Source: Minisyncoccota bacterium
GTDB taxonomy: Bacteria > Patescibacteriota > Minisyncoccia > Phycocordibacterales > UBA9973
NCBI GenBank assembly: GCA_043771685.1
Contig: JAYVGX010000034.1
Coordinates: 11,690 to 75,689 of the forward strand
Direction of reading: 5' to 3'
DNA: 64,000 nt
A program made the translations under genes and the position numbers. Under the pieces are notes generated by a model that was given only the letters and a program-made list of their open reading frames with translations, searched no databases and was not told the origin of the DNA. Below are positions 39,214 to 49,012 of the stretch, piece after piece. Position 1 is the stretch's first letter, and each line of letters opens with the position of its first letter.

Positions 39214-40286
39214 TTATTTTCCAGTTCCGCTTCTTATCGTTTCAATTATTTGAGTTGTTGGCACAGGACTATTCCCGTTTTTAAGATACCCAGTTTCCTG
39301 AACATCAAACATTGTTCTTGTAACCTGTAATAAGATTGCATTCTTTGTCTCTGCGTCATTATCAGATTCCGTACCTCTTACAGAGTCTAAAATTCTTTGA
39401 TGGGAATTAAGAATCAATTGTCTATGTTTATTTATATAATACATGTTCATTTCAGCAGAATAATTTCTAGAGAAGTGGGCGACCAAGTAACCTCCCGCAG
39501 AAATGATCACTAATTTTAATAAAACATTTTGTTCTAAAATTGTATTCCAAATTCTTTGAAAGAAAGTTCCATCACCATCTATGGATAACTGTTTCCCAAA
39601 AACGAATATACAAGCCATAAGGGCTGTAAAAATAAGTGAGCTAAACATTCCTAGTGAATTCTTATCAGCCTTCTGTTTATTACCCAAAAAAGAGTATTTT
39701 TTGAAACTGAATATTTTCCATCTAAATAAATTAAACCCTTCTTCTGTGAATTCACCCTCAGCCATTCTTTCAAATTCTCTACCGTACAATCTAACTTCTT
39801 GACCTTCTGCGATTGTTCCACTAACTTCTACTGACTTCTGAACTTTTTTAGTTAATTCATTTACAGTTTTAAGATTGTCCTCTAATTCTTTAGATTTTTT
39901 TCTAAATCTTTTTGTCTAACATCGTTTGCTGGATCTGCAAATTGTAAATAAGTTAAAATTGGATTTAATTGAGATATAATAGATTCTTCCTTTTGTCTTA
40001 CGAAAGCTAATTTTGATTCTCTTTGATTTACATCACTGTAACTATCAATAATTTGTGAATTAAGTTCAGAGATTAGGTTAGTCAAAACATTCTCAAAAGT
40101 TCTCTCATAATTAGGAATCTGTTCTAGTGTTAGTTTATAGCTAAAAATTCTATCGATGATAGTTTTTATTCTTTGTAAATTAGGTTCAATGCTTGTTAAC
40201 TCACCAGCTTCTCCAAGGTTATTTCTAAGAAGTTTTTGCCAATCCAAGTTCTTGTATTTTTCTATGATTTCTTGATTTATTGCCAT
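39214..40286 (-). pseudogene. Coiled-coil/membrane accessory protein between hsdS and hsdR, split by a 1-bp deletion in a poly-A run
   Basis: Restoring A8 at 39895-39901 joins KDLEKKSKELEDNLK... to the 191-aa two-TM ORF. Confidence 0.7.
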
Positions 40287-40291
40287 AAAAT

Positions 40292-41527
40292 TTAAATTAA
40301 TTTTGCTAATAATTGATCTCTCGACTGTTTAAGATTTTTAGATTCATTTTGTATAACATTCATCATTTGAAAAAGAGGTTTTATTTTTTTAATAAATTCA
40401 CCAAAAATTTCTTTTTCAGGAACAGTAATTTTTATATTCTTGATTGTTTTTGAATTAACGGCTGTTGCAATCGATGAAGTACTTCCTAATGAATCATAGT
40501 TATAACTTTTCATTATAAGGTATAGATATTCTGTAGATATAAACGAGCCATCTCTAATCTTGAGATGAGCGATTGCTTCATTTGATAACATTTCTTCTGT
40601 CGTAATAGCAACCTTACCCATAGTCAACTTAAAACTAACAACTAATGTCCCCTTAGGGATTATGGGGATATTAAATTTATTAACCGCTTCTCGGGTCAGA
40701 CATTCATCGGTATGTGATATAAAAATACCTCCAACTCCGAGATCTCTAATAGAGATCCATTTTATATCTTTAGGATTTTTTGAAAACCATTCTTGTTCCT
40801 GCCTTGGAGGAGTTCTTCCAATTGAAATATCACATATATTATCAAGACTATCAATTGTCCATCCCTCAGGAATTTCTCCCATCTCGCTCTCAATCATTTT
40901 CACTTTTTCATATCCAGGAAATTTGAAATTCACAAACCATTCATTAAAAATAGTCTGAGCAGTAAGTTCGAGATTTTTAATTATTATATTATTATTTTCA
41001 ATCTTTGAATCATATGCATTTAAGATTGAAGCAATTTTTTCCTGAGTCTCAAAATCTGGAATATAGAATGTATAATCTCGCAACTGACCTAAGGATACAT
41101 TTTTTATTGTGCTACCGTTAGCATTACTGTCTATGTGTTTTTGAAATCTCTGATCTAGTAAAACATAATACATATAATCTAAAACAAACTCCCTCTTCAC
41201 ATTAATATAACAAGCACTTTTACCAAGAATACATTTTTCACCTCTATATTTTGCCAAATTACCGATTGTCCCATTAATTGATAGCAAGAGCGTTTCTGTG
41301 CCTAAATCTTTTTTATGTTTTAGGTACTCTGACTCGCTAATTCTTTTGGTTTCTTTCTTAATTGAAATGTGCCCATTGTCCAAATTATTACCATTAATAA
41401 AATAGAATTCACCATTATCCTCATATTGAGGAGTTCCGTGCAACCCATCTCCAATTCTAATTGCAATATCAGCTAATGTAACTTCTTTTCTTTTAGTCTT
41501 ATTTATTTGTTCTAATAATTTACTCAT
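40292..41527 (-). CDS. hsdS: Type I R-M specificity subunit
   Basis: Two TRDs; QEKIASILNAYDSKIE and GEIPEGW conserved regions; RDQLLAKL C-terminus. Confidence 0.95.
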   Translation of the reverse strand: MSKLLEQINKTKRKEVTLADIAIRIGDGLHGTPQYEDNGEFYFINGNNLDNGHISIKKETKRISESEYLKHKKDLGTETLLLSINGTIGNLAKYRGEKCILGKSACYINVKREFVLDYMYYVLLDQRFQKHIDSNANGSTIKNVSLGQLRDYTFYIPDFETQEKIASILNAYDSKIENNNIIIKNLELTAQTIFNEWFVNFKFPGYEKVKMIESEMGEIPEGWTIDSLDNICDISIGRTPPRQEQEWFSKNPKDIKWISIRDLGVGGIFISHTDECLTREAVNKFNIPIIPKGTLVVSFKLTMGKVAITTEEMLSNEAIAHLKIRDGSFISTEYLYLIMKSYNYDSLGSTSSIATAVNSKTIKNIKITVPEKEIFGEFIKKIKPLFQMMNVIQNESKNLKQSRDQLLAKLI

Positions 41528-41531
41528 ATAT

Positions 41532-42428
41532 TTATTCTTTAAATTTCATCCTAATATCCCTATCCAAAGGCAGTTGTTTTAAAAATGTCAGTATTTCTTG
41601 TTGTGTCGGTTTTTTGACATTAGTAACAAAATAATCTTTTTGGAAAATCGGCTTTCCCTTCACTGCACACTCGTCTACTAGAGATTCAATAAACTCTGCG
41701 GGAACAGCGTCAAATGACAAGAGGGCGGTGATAAGCACATATTCATGAAATGCTTCAGCATCTTCAATTTCAACTTTTATGCGTGTAGAAATTGCTCTCA
41801 GCGTCTTGATAAATGAGATTGCTGATTGTTTTTTAAAATTAAAATTCTTTTCAAATACGCATACGATAAAAAAGCGCATTTTGTTATTTTTTCCTCCTGA
41901 GGAGCTACCAATTAATGATTCACTTTCCCAGAGTTGATCCTCAACCATATCTACAACACCAGCTTTCTCATTCCAAACAAAGTTTCTATCATCTGAAATA
42001 GTATCCCTGATAATTCCAAATGTACTTTCTTTTTGTATTCCACATTCCTTAATAACAAAGGTATGCATTCGTATAAGTGTTTGAATAGTCATATCCGCCT
42101 GTTTTCGAGCAAATCTTTTTGATTCTTCATCTTGTAACTCAATCTCACCAGCAGAAACGACATATCCAAACTTGTCGCGATTTTCAGCATGATCAAGAAG
42201 TTGTAGTATCGGTTCGTCATCTAAAAATTGTTTTCGATTTTTCTTTATATACTCAAATGTAAAAGGATTTATTTCTGCTTCAACCACGAGAAAAACTCGA
42301 CTAATACTATCGTCTAAAATTCTCGTTTCTTCAGATAAACGAACTTGCGAATACGGACCGTCCTCACCCCACATTTTTTTGTAATCTGTTTGTGTGAGCT
42401 TTTTCTGTTGTTTGTTATCGTTTTTCAT
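41532..42428 (-). CDS. Unknown N-terminal domain fused to an inactive IS200 TnpA (Y1/HUH)-like domain
   Basis: C-terminal FFIVCV...LRAISTRIKVEIEDAEAFHEYVLI...IFQKDYFVTNV...EILTFL parallels TnpA, but HUH and the catalytic Tyr are lost. Confidence 0.55.
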   Translation of the reverse strand: MKNDNKQQKKLTQTDYKKMWGEDGPYSQVRLSEETRILDDSISRVFLVVEAEINPFTFEYIKKNRKQFLDDEPILQLLDHAENRDKFGYVVSAGEIELQDEESKRFARKQADMTIQTLIRMHTFVIKECGIQKESTFGIIRDTISDDRNFVWNEKAGVVDMVEDQLWESESLIGSSSGGKNNKMRFFIVCVFEKNFNFKKQSAISFIKTLRAISTRIKVEIEDAEAFHEYVLITALLSFDAVPAEFIESLVDECAVKGKPIFQKDYFVTNVKKPTQQEILTFLKQLPLDRDIRMKFKE

Positions 42429-42429
42429 A

Positions 42430-43515
42430 TTATTTTTTATTTTTTTGAACTGTCAACTTTTTGTTGATACTTGATTTTTCCAAAAGTTTTTTTACTTCTT
42501 TGTCAAAATCAGAAATATGTTTTTTATCTTGCTCTACTCGATATTTTTCGTATTCTTGTAATGCTAGTGCTTCCGCCACTTCGTGACTAATTTTTCCATT
42601 ATCTTGTAATATTTGTTCCTCATTAAATTTCAAAAATGAATCGAGTTTTTTCACCCAATCTTTCATTTTCATGAGTATCCCTTTCTTTGCCTGTATTTCT
42701 GCATAGTCCAAATACATAGTCACAATTCTATTAAGAAAATCTAGTTCTTTTTCTTGTAAGTAATTTTTTGCTATAATTACATCATTTTCACGAATAAGAC
42801 CATTTGGTGAATTCTTCCAACTCATCAAGCCAATATTTTCTTTTTTACTACTAACTCTACTATAAACAATCTCTGCAGCGGTTTGACCCGTAATTGCAAA
42901 GTGTAATTTATTTTGTACGGTAGCAAAAAACAGTTTCGTTATTTTATTAGTAGGATCATAGTCTGCACTACATTGTGAATAAATATCAGTAACTTTCTGA
43001 TACATACGCCTTTCACTTGATCGAATGTTTCTTATTCTCGCAAGTTGTTCTTCAAAATAATCAATACCGAAAATAGTATCAGTATTTTTAAGTCTCTCAT
43101 CGTCCATAGTAAAACCTTTGATAATGTATTCTTTTAATCTTTCTGTGGCCCAAATTCTAAATTGTGTTGCTTGTGAACTGTTTACACGATACCCAACTGA
43201 TAGGATAGCGTCTAAATTATAAAATTTTACAAACTGATTTTGTGTTTTTCCTACAATAGCTCCATGGATAGTGGTATGTTCCAAAATGGAACTAACCAGT
43301 TTTTCGTCTAATTCTCCACTTTCGAAAATATTCTTTAAGTGTTTAGTGATTGCTGGTCTTTGTACTCCAAAAAGGAGAGCTATTTTTTCTTGTGTCAGCC
43401 AGATATTTTCATCACGCAAAAATATATCTACTTTTACCTTTCCATTTGGTGTGGTGTAGAGCAGAAACTCTGTAAAACTATTATTTGGTACAATTTTTGT
43501 AATCTTTTTTTTCAT
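42430..43515 (-). CDS. Virulence RhuM-family protein
   Basis: IWLTQEKIALLF, YNLDAILSVGYRVNS, IRSSERRMYQKVTDIY, VQNKLHFA. Confidence 0.92.
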   Translation of the reverse strand: MKKKITKIVPNNSFTEFLLYTTPNGKVKVDIFLRDENIWLTQEKIALLFGVQRPAITKHLKNIFESGELDEKLVSSILEHTTIHGAIVGKTQNQFVKFYNLDAILSVGYRVNSSQATQFRIWATERLKEYIIKGFTMDDERLKNTDTIFGIDYFEEQLARIRNIRSSERRMYQKVTDIYSQCSADYDPTNKITKLFFATVQNKLHFAITGQTAAEIVYSRVSSKKENIGLMSWKNSPNGLIRENDVIIAKNYLQEKELDFLNRIVTMYLDYAEIQAKKGILMKMKDWVKKLDSFLKFNEEQILQDNGKISHEVAEALALQEYEKYRVEQDKKHISDFDKEVKKLLEKSSINKKLTVQKNKK

Positions 43516-43519
43516 ATAA

Positions 43520-45313
43520 TTAAAATCCAAGTTCTTTAAGATTTTTCTCAATTTCTTTTTCTAATTCACGACCAACAGTAAAAGCTTCTCGAAGTTCACT
43601 TGAAAGTTTCTGCATTTTTTCTTCAAAAGAAATTCCATCATCTTCTACATCAGTAAGCCCAACATATCTGCCAGGAGTAAGAGTGTATCCGTTCTTTTTT
43701 ATTTCTTCTAGGTTGGCAGATTTACAGAAGCCTGAAATATCTTCATATTTCCCAGCCCCTGATTCTCCACGCCATGCACGGACTGTATCTGTAATTTTTG
43801 CAATCTGTTCTTTACTAAAGATAACTTGCTTGCGAGAAATCTGTTCAAATGTATCTCGTGCATCAATGAATAATGTTTCTCCCTTGCGTTTGCGAAAACG
43901 GTCACCATTTTTATTTTTAGATAAGAACCATAGAGACACGGGTAGTCCAACATTATAGAAAAGTTTGGATGGACAAGAGATGATGACATCTACCATATCA
44001 GCTTCAATAAGCTTTTGACGAATTTCTCCTTCTTTACCTGATACAGCAAGTGCTCCATTGGGCATAACGAATCCTGCCTGACCATTAGGTGAAAGGTGGT
44101 GAGCGAAGTGTTGTACCCAAAGAAAGTTTGCATTACCTGATGGAGGTGTTCCTAAAAATATTCTTGGATCATTGTCAGAAAGTTTTAATGGTTCCCATTC
44201 TGCGTTAAAGGGAGGGTTCGCAATTACGAAATCTGCCTGTAGGTGTGGGAACTTATCTTGATAGTAAGTATTACCAAGTTCAATCTTTCCAGAGAGTCCA
44301 CGAATAGCTAGGTTCATCTTGCAAAGGCGAAGTGTAGTTTGGTTGCTTTCTTGTCCACTAATAGCAAGTTTTGATGGATCCATTTTATGGTCTCGCAAAT
44401 ACTCACCCATAGATACAAACATTCCTCCACTGCCACAAGCAAAGTCTGCCACACGAGCATTTTCGTAAGGTTGAAGTATTTCAACAAGTAATTTAACGAT
44501 TGATCTTGGTGTAAAAAACTCGCCTCCACGCTTTCCCTCTGATGAAGCAAATTGACCTAGGAAGTATTCATAGATTCTTCCAAGAATATCTTTCTCCCGA
44601 TCAAAGTCATGATCAAAAGATATTTGTGAAAAAATATTAACAAGTTCACCAAGAACGGTATGATCAAGATTTACTTTTGTGTATACACGAGGTAGGACAT
44701 TTTCAAGTTGTACAGGATTATCTTTCTCAATCAACTCCATTGCGGTATCCAAAACCTTTCCGAGATCAGGACTCATGGTTTTTGTTTGCAAAAATTCCCA
44801 ACGAGATTTTTCTGGAACATAGAATACCCCTTCAGCTGTATAAAAATCTTTTGTTTCAAGAATAGACTTCCGAGCTTCTTCTGTTGGGACATAGAAGTCT
44901 TCATCCTTCGGGTCTTTAGTTTTTAAAGTTAGAACTTCACGCTGTTTATAAAATGAGTCTGATATATATTTCAAAAATAAAAGTCCAAGTACAATATTTT
45001 TATACTCGGACACGTCAACATTACCTCGTAATTTATCTGCCGCCATCCAAAGCTCTTTTTCAAAGCTGAGGTCGTGGTGTTGGTTTTTATCTAAAACTTT
45101 CTTTGTGACGCTCTTTTGCTGTTCACTAATACGATTCTGTATTTCTTCTGAGAGCGAAGCCTTTGGGATTAAGTAAGTTGGTTTAGAGGGGTCTCCTATA
45201 TTTTCAGCTGTAATTTCACCCTTTTTGATCTTTTGATGAACGGCTATACGGCTAATACCCAACATCTTTGCGAGTTGTGTAGGGGTTACAAATTGTGATT
45301 TATCGATTGACAT
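43520..45313 (-). CDS. hsdM: Type I R-M methyltransferase with an N-terminal excisionase-type HTH
   Basis: LWMAADKLRG, GEFFTPRS, DFACGSGG, NPPFN; N-terminal TPTQLAKMLGISRIAVHQKIKKG. Confidence 0.96.
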   Translation of the reverse strand: MSIDKSQFVTPTQLAKMLGISRIAVHQKIKKGEITAENIGDPSKPTYLIPKASLSEEIQNRISEQQKSVTKKVLDKNQHHDLSFEKELWMAADKLRGNVDVSEYKNIVLGLLFLKYISDSFYKQREVLTLKTKDPKDEDFYVPTEEARKSILETKDFYTAEGVFYVPEKSRWEFLQTKTMSPDLGKVLDTAMELIEKDNPVQLENVLPRVYTKVNLDHTVLGELVNIFSQISFDHDFDREKDILGRIYEYFLGQFASSEGKRGGEFFTPRSIVKLLVEILQPYENARVADFACGSGGMFVSMGEYLRDHKMDPSKLAISGQESNQTTLRLCKMNLAIRGLSGKIELGNTYYQDKFPHLQADFVIANPPFNAEWEPLKLSDNDPRIFLGTPPSGNANFLWVQHFAHHLSPNGQAGFVMPNGALAVSGKEGEIRQKLIEADMVDVIISCPSKLFYNVGLPVSLWFLSKNKNGDRFRKRKGETLFIDARDTFEQISRKQVIFSKEQIAKITDTVRAWRGESGAGKYEDISGFCKSANLEEIKKNGYTLTPGRYVGLTDVEDDGISFEEKMQKLSSELREAFTVGRELEKEIEKNLKELGF

Positions 45314-45360
45314 GTGTTAAGTATAGCATAATATCTCGAATAATGCAACTTAACACATGT
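45310..45360. promoter_or_regulatory. 13-bp perfect inverted repeat overlapping the hsdM start codon
   Basis: ACATGTGTTAAGT-N25-ACTTAACACATGT. Confidence 0.7.
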
Positions 45361-45373
45361 AAAGTTACCAATT

Positions 45374-45862
45374 CTATTCTAAATAAGAGTCGAAGTATAT
45401 GGCGTGACAGGTGTATCCACCGGGGTTATTTACTAGGTAGTCTTGATGGTAGTCTTCGGCTTTGTAGAAAGTGCCGAGTTGCTCGAGAGTGGTCACCACT
45501 TTATCATTCCAGCGTTTTGAATTGTTTACAATATTTATAAAATCCTCCCCTTCCTTTTTCTCTTCCTCGTTCCCATAAAATATCGCAGAGCGATATGAAG
45601 TACCCTTGTCATTGCCTTGTTGATTTAAAGTTGTCGGATTATGAATCTGAAAGAAAAAGTCCAAAAGATTTTTATATGATGTTTTTGTCGGATCATATTC
45701 TATCTCTACTGCTTCGGCATGACCGGGATGATTCTCATAACTTGGGTTATTATTTTCCCCTCCAGTGTAACCGACTTCGGTATTTACTACTCCTGGTTGT
45801 TTACGAATCAAATCCTCCAGCCCCCAGAAACATCCACCTGCGAGTATTATTTTTTTATTCAT
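45374..45862 (-). CDS. msrA: Peptide methionine sulfoxide reductase A
   Basis: [31 protein letters not shown]. Confidence 0.96.
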   Translation of the reverse strand: MNKKIILAGGCFWGLEDLIRKQPGVVNTEVGYTGGENNNPSYENHPGHAEAVEIEYDPTKTSYKNLLDFFFQIHNPTTLNQQGNDKGTSYRSAIFYGNEEEKKEGEDFINIVNNSKRWNDKVVTTLEQLGTFYKAEDYHQDYLVNNPGGYTCHAIYFDSYLE

Positions 45863-46220
45863 CTGATTTACCTGAAATAAACTTCATCGATATTGAATTC
45901 ACACAATGACGAATATTCTTTTCTGTTAATCCTTCACCAGTGAACAAATGACCTAAATGTCCACCGCATTTTTTACAAGTTATTTCTGTACGCATACCAT
46001 CCTTGTCTACACTTTTATGAACTGCTCCGGTTATCTCATCATCGAAACTAGGCCAGCCACAAGTAGACTCGAATTTACTATGAGAATCATATAATGGGGC
46101 ATCACACTGTCTACAGACATATACGCCATTTTCTTTATTGTTTACGTATTCTCCTGTGAATCGAGCTTCTGTGCCTTTATCTAAAATAATTCTTTTTTCT
46201 TCTGCTGTTAGTTCGTTCAT
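45855..46220 (-). CDS. msrB: Peptide methionine sulfoxide reductase B
   Basis: GTE..F, CGWPSF, GHLGHLF, RHCVNS. Confidence 0.96.
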   Translation of the reverse strand: MNELTAEEKRIILDKGTEARFTGEYVNNKENGVYVCRQCDAPLYDSHSKFESTCGWPSFDDEITGAVHKSVDKDGMRTEITCKKCGGHLGHLFTGEGLTEKNIRHCVNSISMKFISGKSDE

Positions 46221-46245
46221 ATATTTTTTTTATTATTTATAAATA

Positions 46246-48048
46246 TTATTTAAATAAATAGAGATATTTTTCATATCCTTCTTTTGTCATTTCTTCTTTG
46301 GGGATAAATTTAAGTGAAGCTGAATTCGTGCAGAATCGACGTCCACCCTCCTCTTTGGGACCATCTAAAAATAGATGTCCGACGTGACCTGCGTCACTAC
46401 GTATCTCTGTGCGAGTAGTCGAGAGTGAATTGTCCTCGTGCATCGTCACAGAATCGTCATCTATAGTTTTCCAAAAGCTCGGCCAACCTGTACCTGAGTC
46501 GTACTTGTGTGTACTAGAAAATAGTGGTTTGCCTGTGACTTTATCAACATAGATTCCATGGGCTTTGTTGTCCCAGTATGCATTCTTGAACGGTGATTCT
46601 GTGCCCCCTTCGGCTACAATATGGTATGCCAATGGGTCCAAATTTTTTAGCATCTCTGCTATCTCTTCATGAGTGTAATCGTAATCGCCTCTCTTTTGTG
46701 TAGTGCTCTTTACAGCACTTTTTGTCTGTTCAGATTGTAGAAACTTTATCGCAGCGTCTTTCGCCCATGTCTCTTCTATAAATCCGGCTCGGCCTGAACC
46801 CTTCTTGTATCGCTCATAATGATCAGATGATTTCTTGTAATAATCTTGGTGATATTCTTCTGCTTTAAAGAACGTAGTGAATGGAAGTATCTCGGTTGCG
46901 ATAGGTTTATCGAACACACCACTTTTACCCAAGCGAATCTTAGCATCTTTGGCAATTATTCCTTGGTCTTCATTCTGGTAGAAAATAGCACTCGTGTATT
47001 GGAATCCGTTATCAGCAAACTGGCCCTTTGTATTGGTCGGATCTATATGAGACCAATAAATGTCCAAGATCTTCTCTGTTGAAATGATACTCGGATCGTA
47101 GGTCACCTGCACGGCTTCACGATGCGAAGTTGTACCCTTTACAACCTTTAGATACGATGCACTCATCTCATCTCCACCTGCATATCCAGAGACTGCATCT
47201 ATGACTCCATTTTCTTCTTGGAAGAATGCTTCTGTACACCAGAAGCAACCACCTGCAAGGGTGATAGTTTCTAATTCTTTGTTTGAAGCAGTACTTTCTT
47301 CTGGAGAATTATTTTTAGGAGCGAAACGCTCTATCAATTTATCTTCTAGCTTGATTGTCGCTCCATAACCAGAGTCTAGGATCAGAGTTTCTATCTTCTT
47401 GTCATATCCAGTAAGGACTGCCAGACCGACGAGGATAATGAGTACCCCAAATATTTTCTTTATTGTGCTTGTTGTTTGCATGTGTGTAGTCACCTTGTTT
47501 ATAATCTTCTGACCAAAATATGCGATCAGGAGAAGTGAAACTGCTAATCCTAAAGTAAATCCGACGAGATACAGTAGTCCTGTAGTAAGTGTAGCAGGTA
47601 GAACAGTAGCAATGATAAATAGATAAGTTGGAGAACAAGTAGTAAAGACTGGACCTAATGCAAGTCCGATGAGCATGTCCCCTTTGTAACTTTTATTTTG
47701 GTAACCTTCTCCAACGATTTTATTACTTGCAATACTTAGTTTGTTTACATATGGTATTCGTGCCCAAAGAGATGGAAATACAATAGCCGTACCAACAAGG
47801 ATGATCACTAGTCCTGAAAAGCTAGTCCAGAAAGATGGAGGGATGTCTATGAATAAGGTTGTCGCTTTTAAAAGTAATGTAAATAGTATGACAGAAAATG
47901 AAAGTGAACCTATAACAACAAATGATCTTTTTGAAATTCCTTTTGATCCAACTTCAGATGCACCTATAACTACAGGGAGTAACGGCAATATACACGGTGC
48001 AAGCACTGTAAATATTCCCGCTAAAATCGATATCAAAAAGAAAATCAT
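46246..48048 (-). CDS. CcdA/DsbD-TM - MsrA - MsrB triple fusion
   Basis: LAPCILPLLP and GPVFTTCSP (CcdA Cys pair); AGGCFWC, AEEYHQDY (MsrA); GTGWPSF, GHVGHLF, RFCTNS (MsrB). Confidence 0.9.
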   Translation of the reverse strand: MIFFLISILAGIFTVLAPCILPLLPVVIGASEVGSKGISKRSFVVIGSLSFSVILFTLLLKATTLFIDIPPSFWTSFSGLVIILVGTAIVFPSLWARIPYVNKLSIASNKIVGEGYQNKSYKGDMLIGLALGPVFTTCSPTYLFIIATVLPATLTTGLLYLVGFTLGLAVSLLLIAYFGQKIINKVTTHMQTTSTIKKIFGVLIILVGLAVLTGYDKKIETLILDSGYGATIKLEDKLIERFAPKNNSPEESTASNKELETITLAGGCFWCTEAFFQEENGVIDAVSGYAGGDEMSASYLKVVKGTTSHREAVQVTYDPSIISTEKILDIYWSHIDPTNTKGQFADNGFQYTSAIFYQNEDQGIIAKDAKIRLGKSGVFDKPIATEILPFTTFFKAEEYHQDYYKKSSDHYERYKKGSGRAGFIEETWAKDAAIKFLQSEQTKSAVKSTTQKRGDYDYTHEEIAEMLKNLDPLAYHIVAEGGTESPFKNAYWDNKAHGIYVDKVTGKPLFSSTHKYDSGTGWPSFWKTIDDDSVTMHEDNSLSTTRTEIRSDAGHVGHLFLDGPKEEGGRRFCTNSASLKFIPKEEMTKEGYEKYLYLFK

Positions 48049-48049
48049 A

Positions 48050-48610
48050 TTATTTTATTTCTGATACTAATTTAGTGAGAGTTGGACTGCCACTCCACTT
48101 TTTAATTAAGTTGCCATCTTTGTCTACTTGAACCAATGTATGTTGATATGTCACACCGTATTTCTTCTTTAGATCTGTCTCTTTATCATAATCTAATTTC
48201 AAAATACTAACTCCTGCTGGAATAGAACTTATATTCTTTTCTATGTCGCCATTTAGACCTCTGCATGACGGACACCATGATGCGTGGAAGAATAGGACAA
48301 CATCACCAGTTTCTGCGCGGGCGAGCTTCTCGATTGCATACGCTTCATATGATCCTTTTACTACGTTATCATTTTTATCCATTGTGACTGTACTGTCTTT
48401 CATCGTTTCACTTTTTCCTTCCATTGTCTGGTTTTCCATCATTTTTTTATCTGCCGTTTCTTGTTGTTCCATTTTTTCCTTGGCCATCATTTCGGCATCT
48501 TTTTGTTCTACCATACGATTATTATTCCCCATTTTTGATATTCCAAACATTATTACTACTACGACAATTGCTGCCACGATACCCAACCTCGATACATTAT
48601 TAGCGCTCAT
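48050..48610 (-). CDS. Membrane-anchored or exported thioredoxin with a Met-rich linker
   Basis: N-terminal TM/signal segment; FHASWCPSC; YGVTYQHT. Confidence 0.88.
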   Translation of the reverse strand: MSANNVSRLGIVAAIVVVVIMFGISKMGNNNRMVEQKDAEMMAKEKMEQQETADKKMMENQTMEGKSETMKDSTVTMDKNDNVVKGSYEAYAIEKLARAETGDVVLFFHASWCPSCRGLNGDIEKNISSIPAGVSILKLDYDKETDLKKKYGVTYQHTLVQVDKDGNLIKKWSGSPTLTKLVSEIK

Positions 48611-48705
48611 ATATTTTATATTTTTATTAATTATAATATATAAAGTATATATAATTTAAAAACAGATGTAAAGTCAACCTTACATTTAAACTGTGGATAA
48701 ATACT

Positions 48706-48987
48706 TTAGATTTTTTTATCGCTCTTTATATGAACACTTTTAAAAGAAGCTGTGATGAGTTTCATCTTGTCACTTCTTTTGAGATTTTTTATGCGAGCTT
48801 CTTCTTTTGATGCAGTGGATCGGTCTTTTAATTTCTTGGAATAAACTAATTTAACTGGTTGTCGAGCTGAAGTATACTTTGCTCCGAGTGTCTTGCCGTT
48901 GTGCTCTAAAACCCGTCTTTTTAAATCCGTAGTGATTCCAGTGTATAAAGTCCCATCAACGCATTTTAGAATATATAGGTGGTACAT
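48706..48987 (-). CDS. Small GIY-YIG nuclease (UPF0213/YhbQ-like)
   Basis: LYILKCVDGTLYTGITTDLKRRVLEHN, GAKYT, EEARIK. Confidence 0.92.
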   Translation of the reverse strand: MYHLYILKCVDGTLYTGITTDLKRRVLEHNGKTLGAKYTSARQPVKLVYSKKLKDRSTASKEEARIKNLKRSDKMKLITASFKSVHIKSDKKI

Positions 48988-49012
48988 TGTTATGTATTAT
49001 AACACTTTAATT

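Noticed and set aside
48706-48987. GIY-YIG gene as the mobiliser of the palindromic elements
   Set aside because: It looks like the ordinary UPF0213 type, and no copies of the elements flank it.
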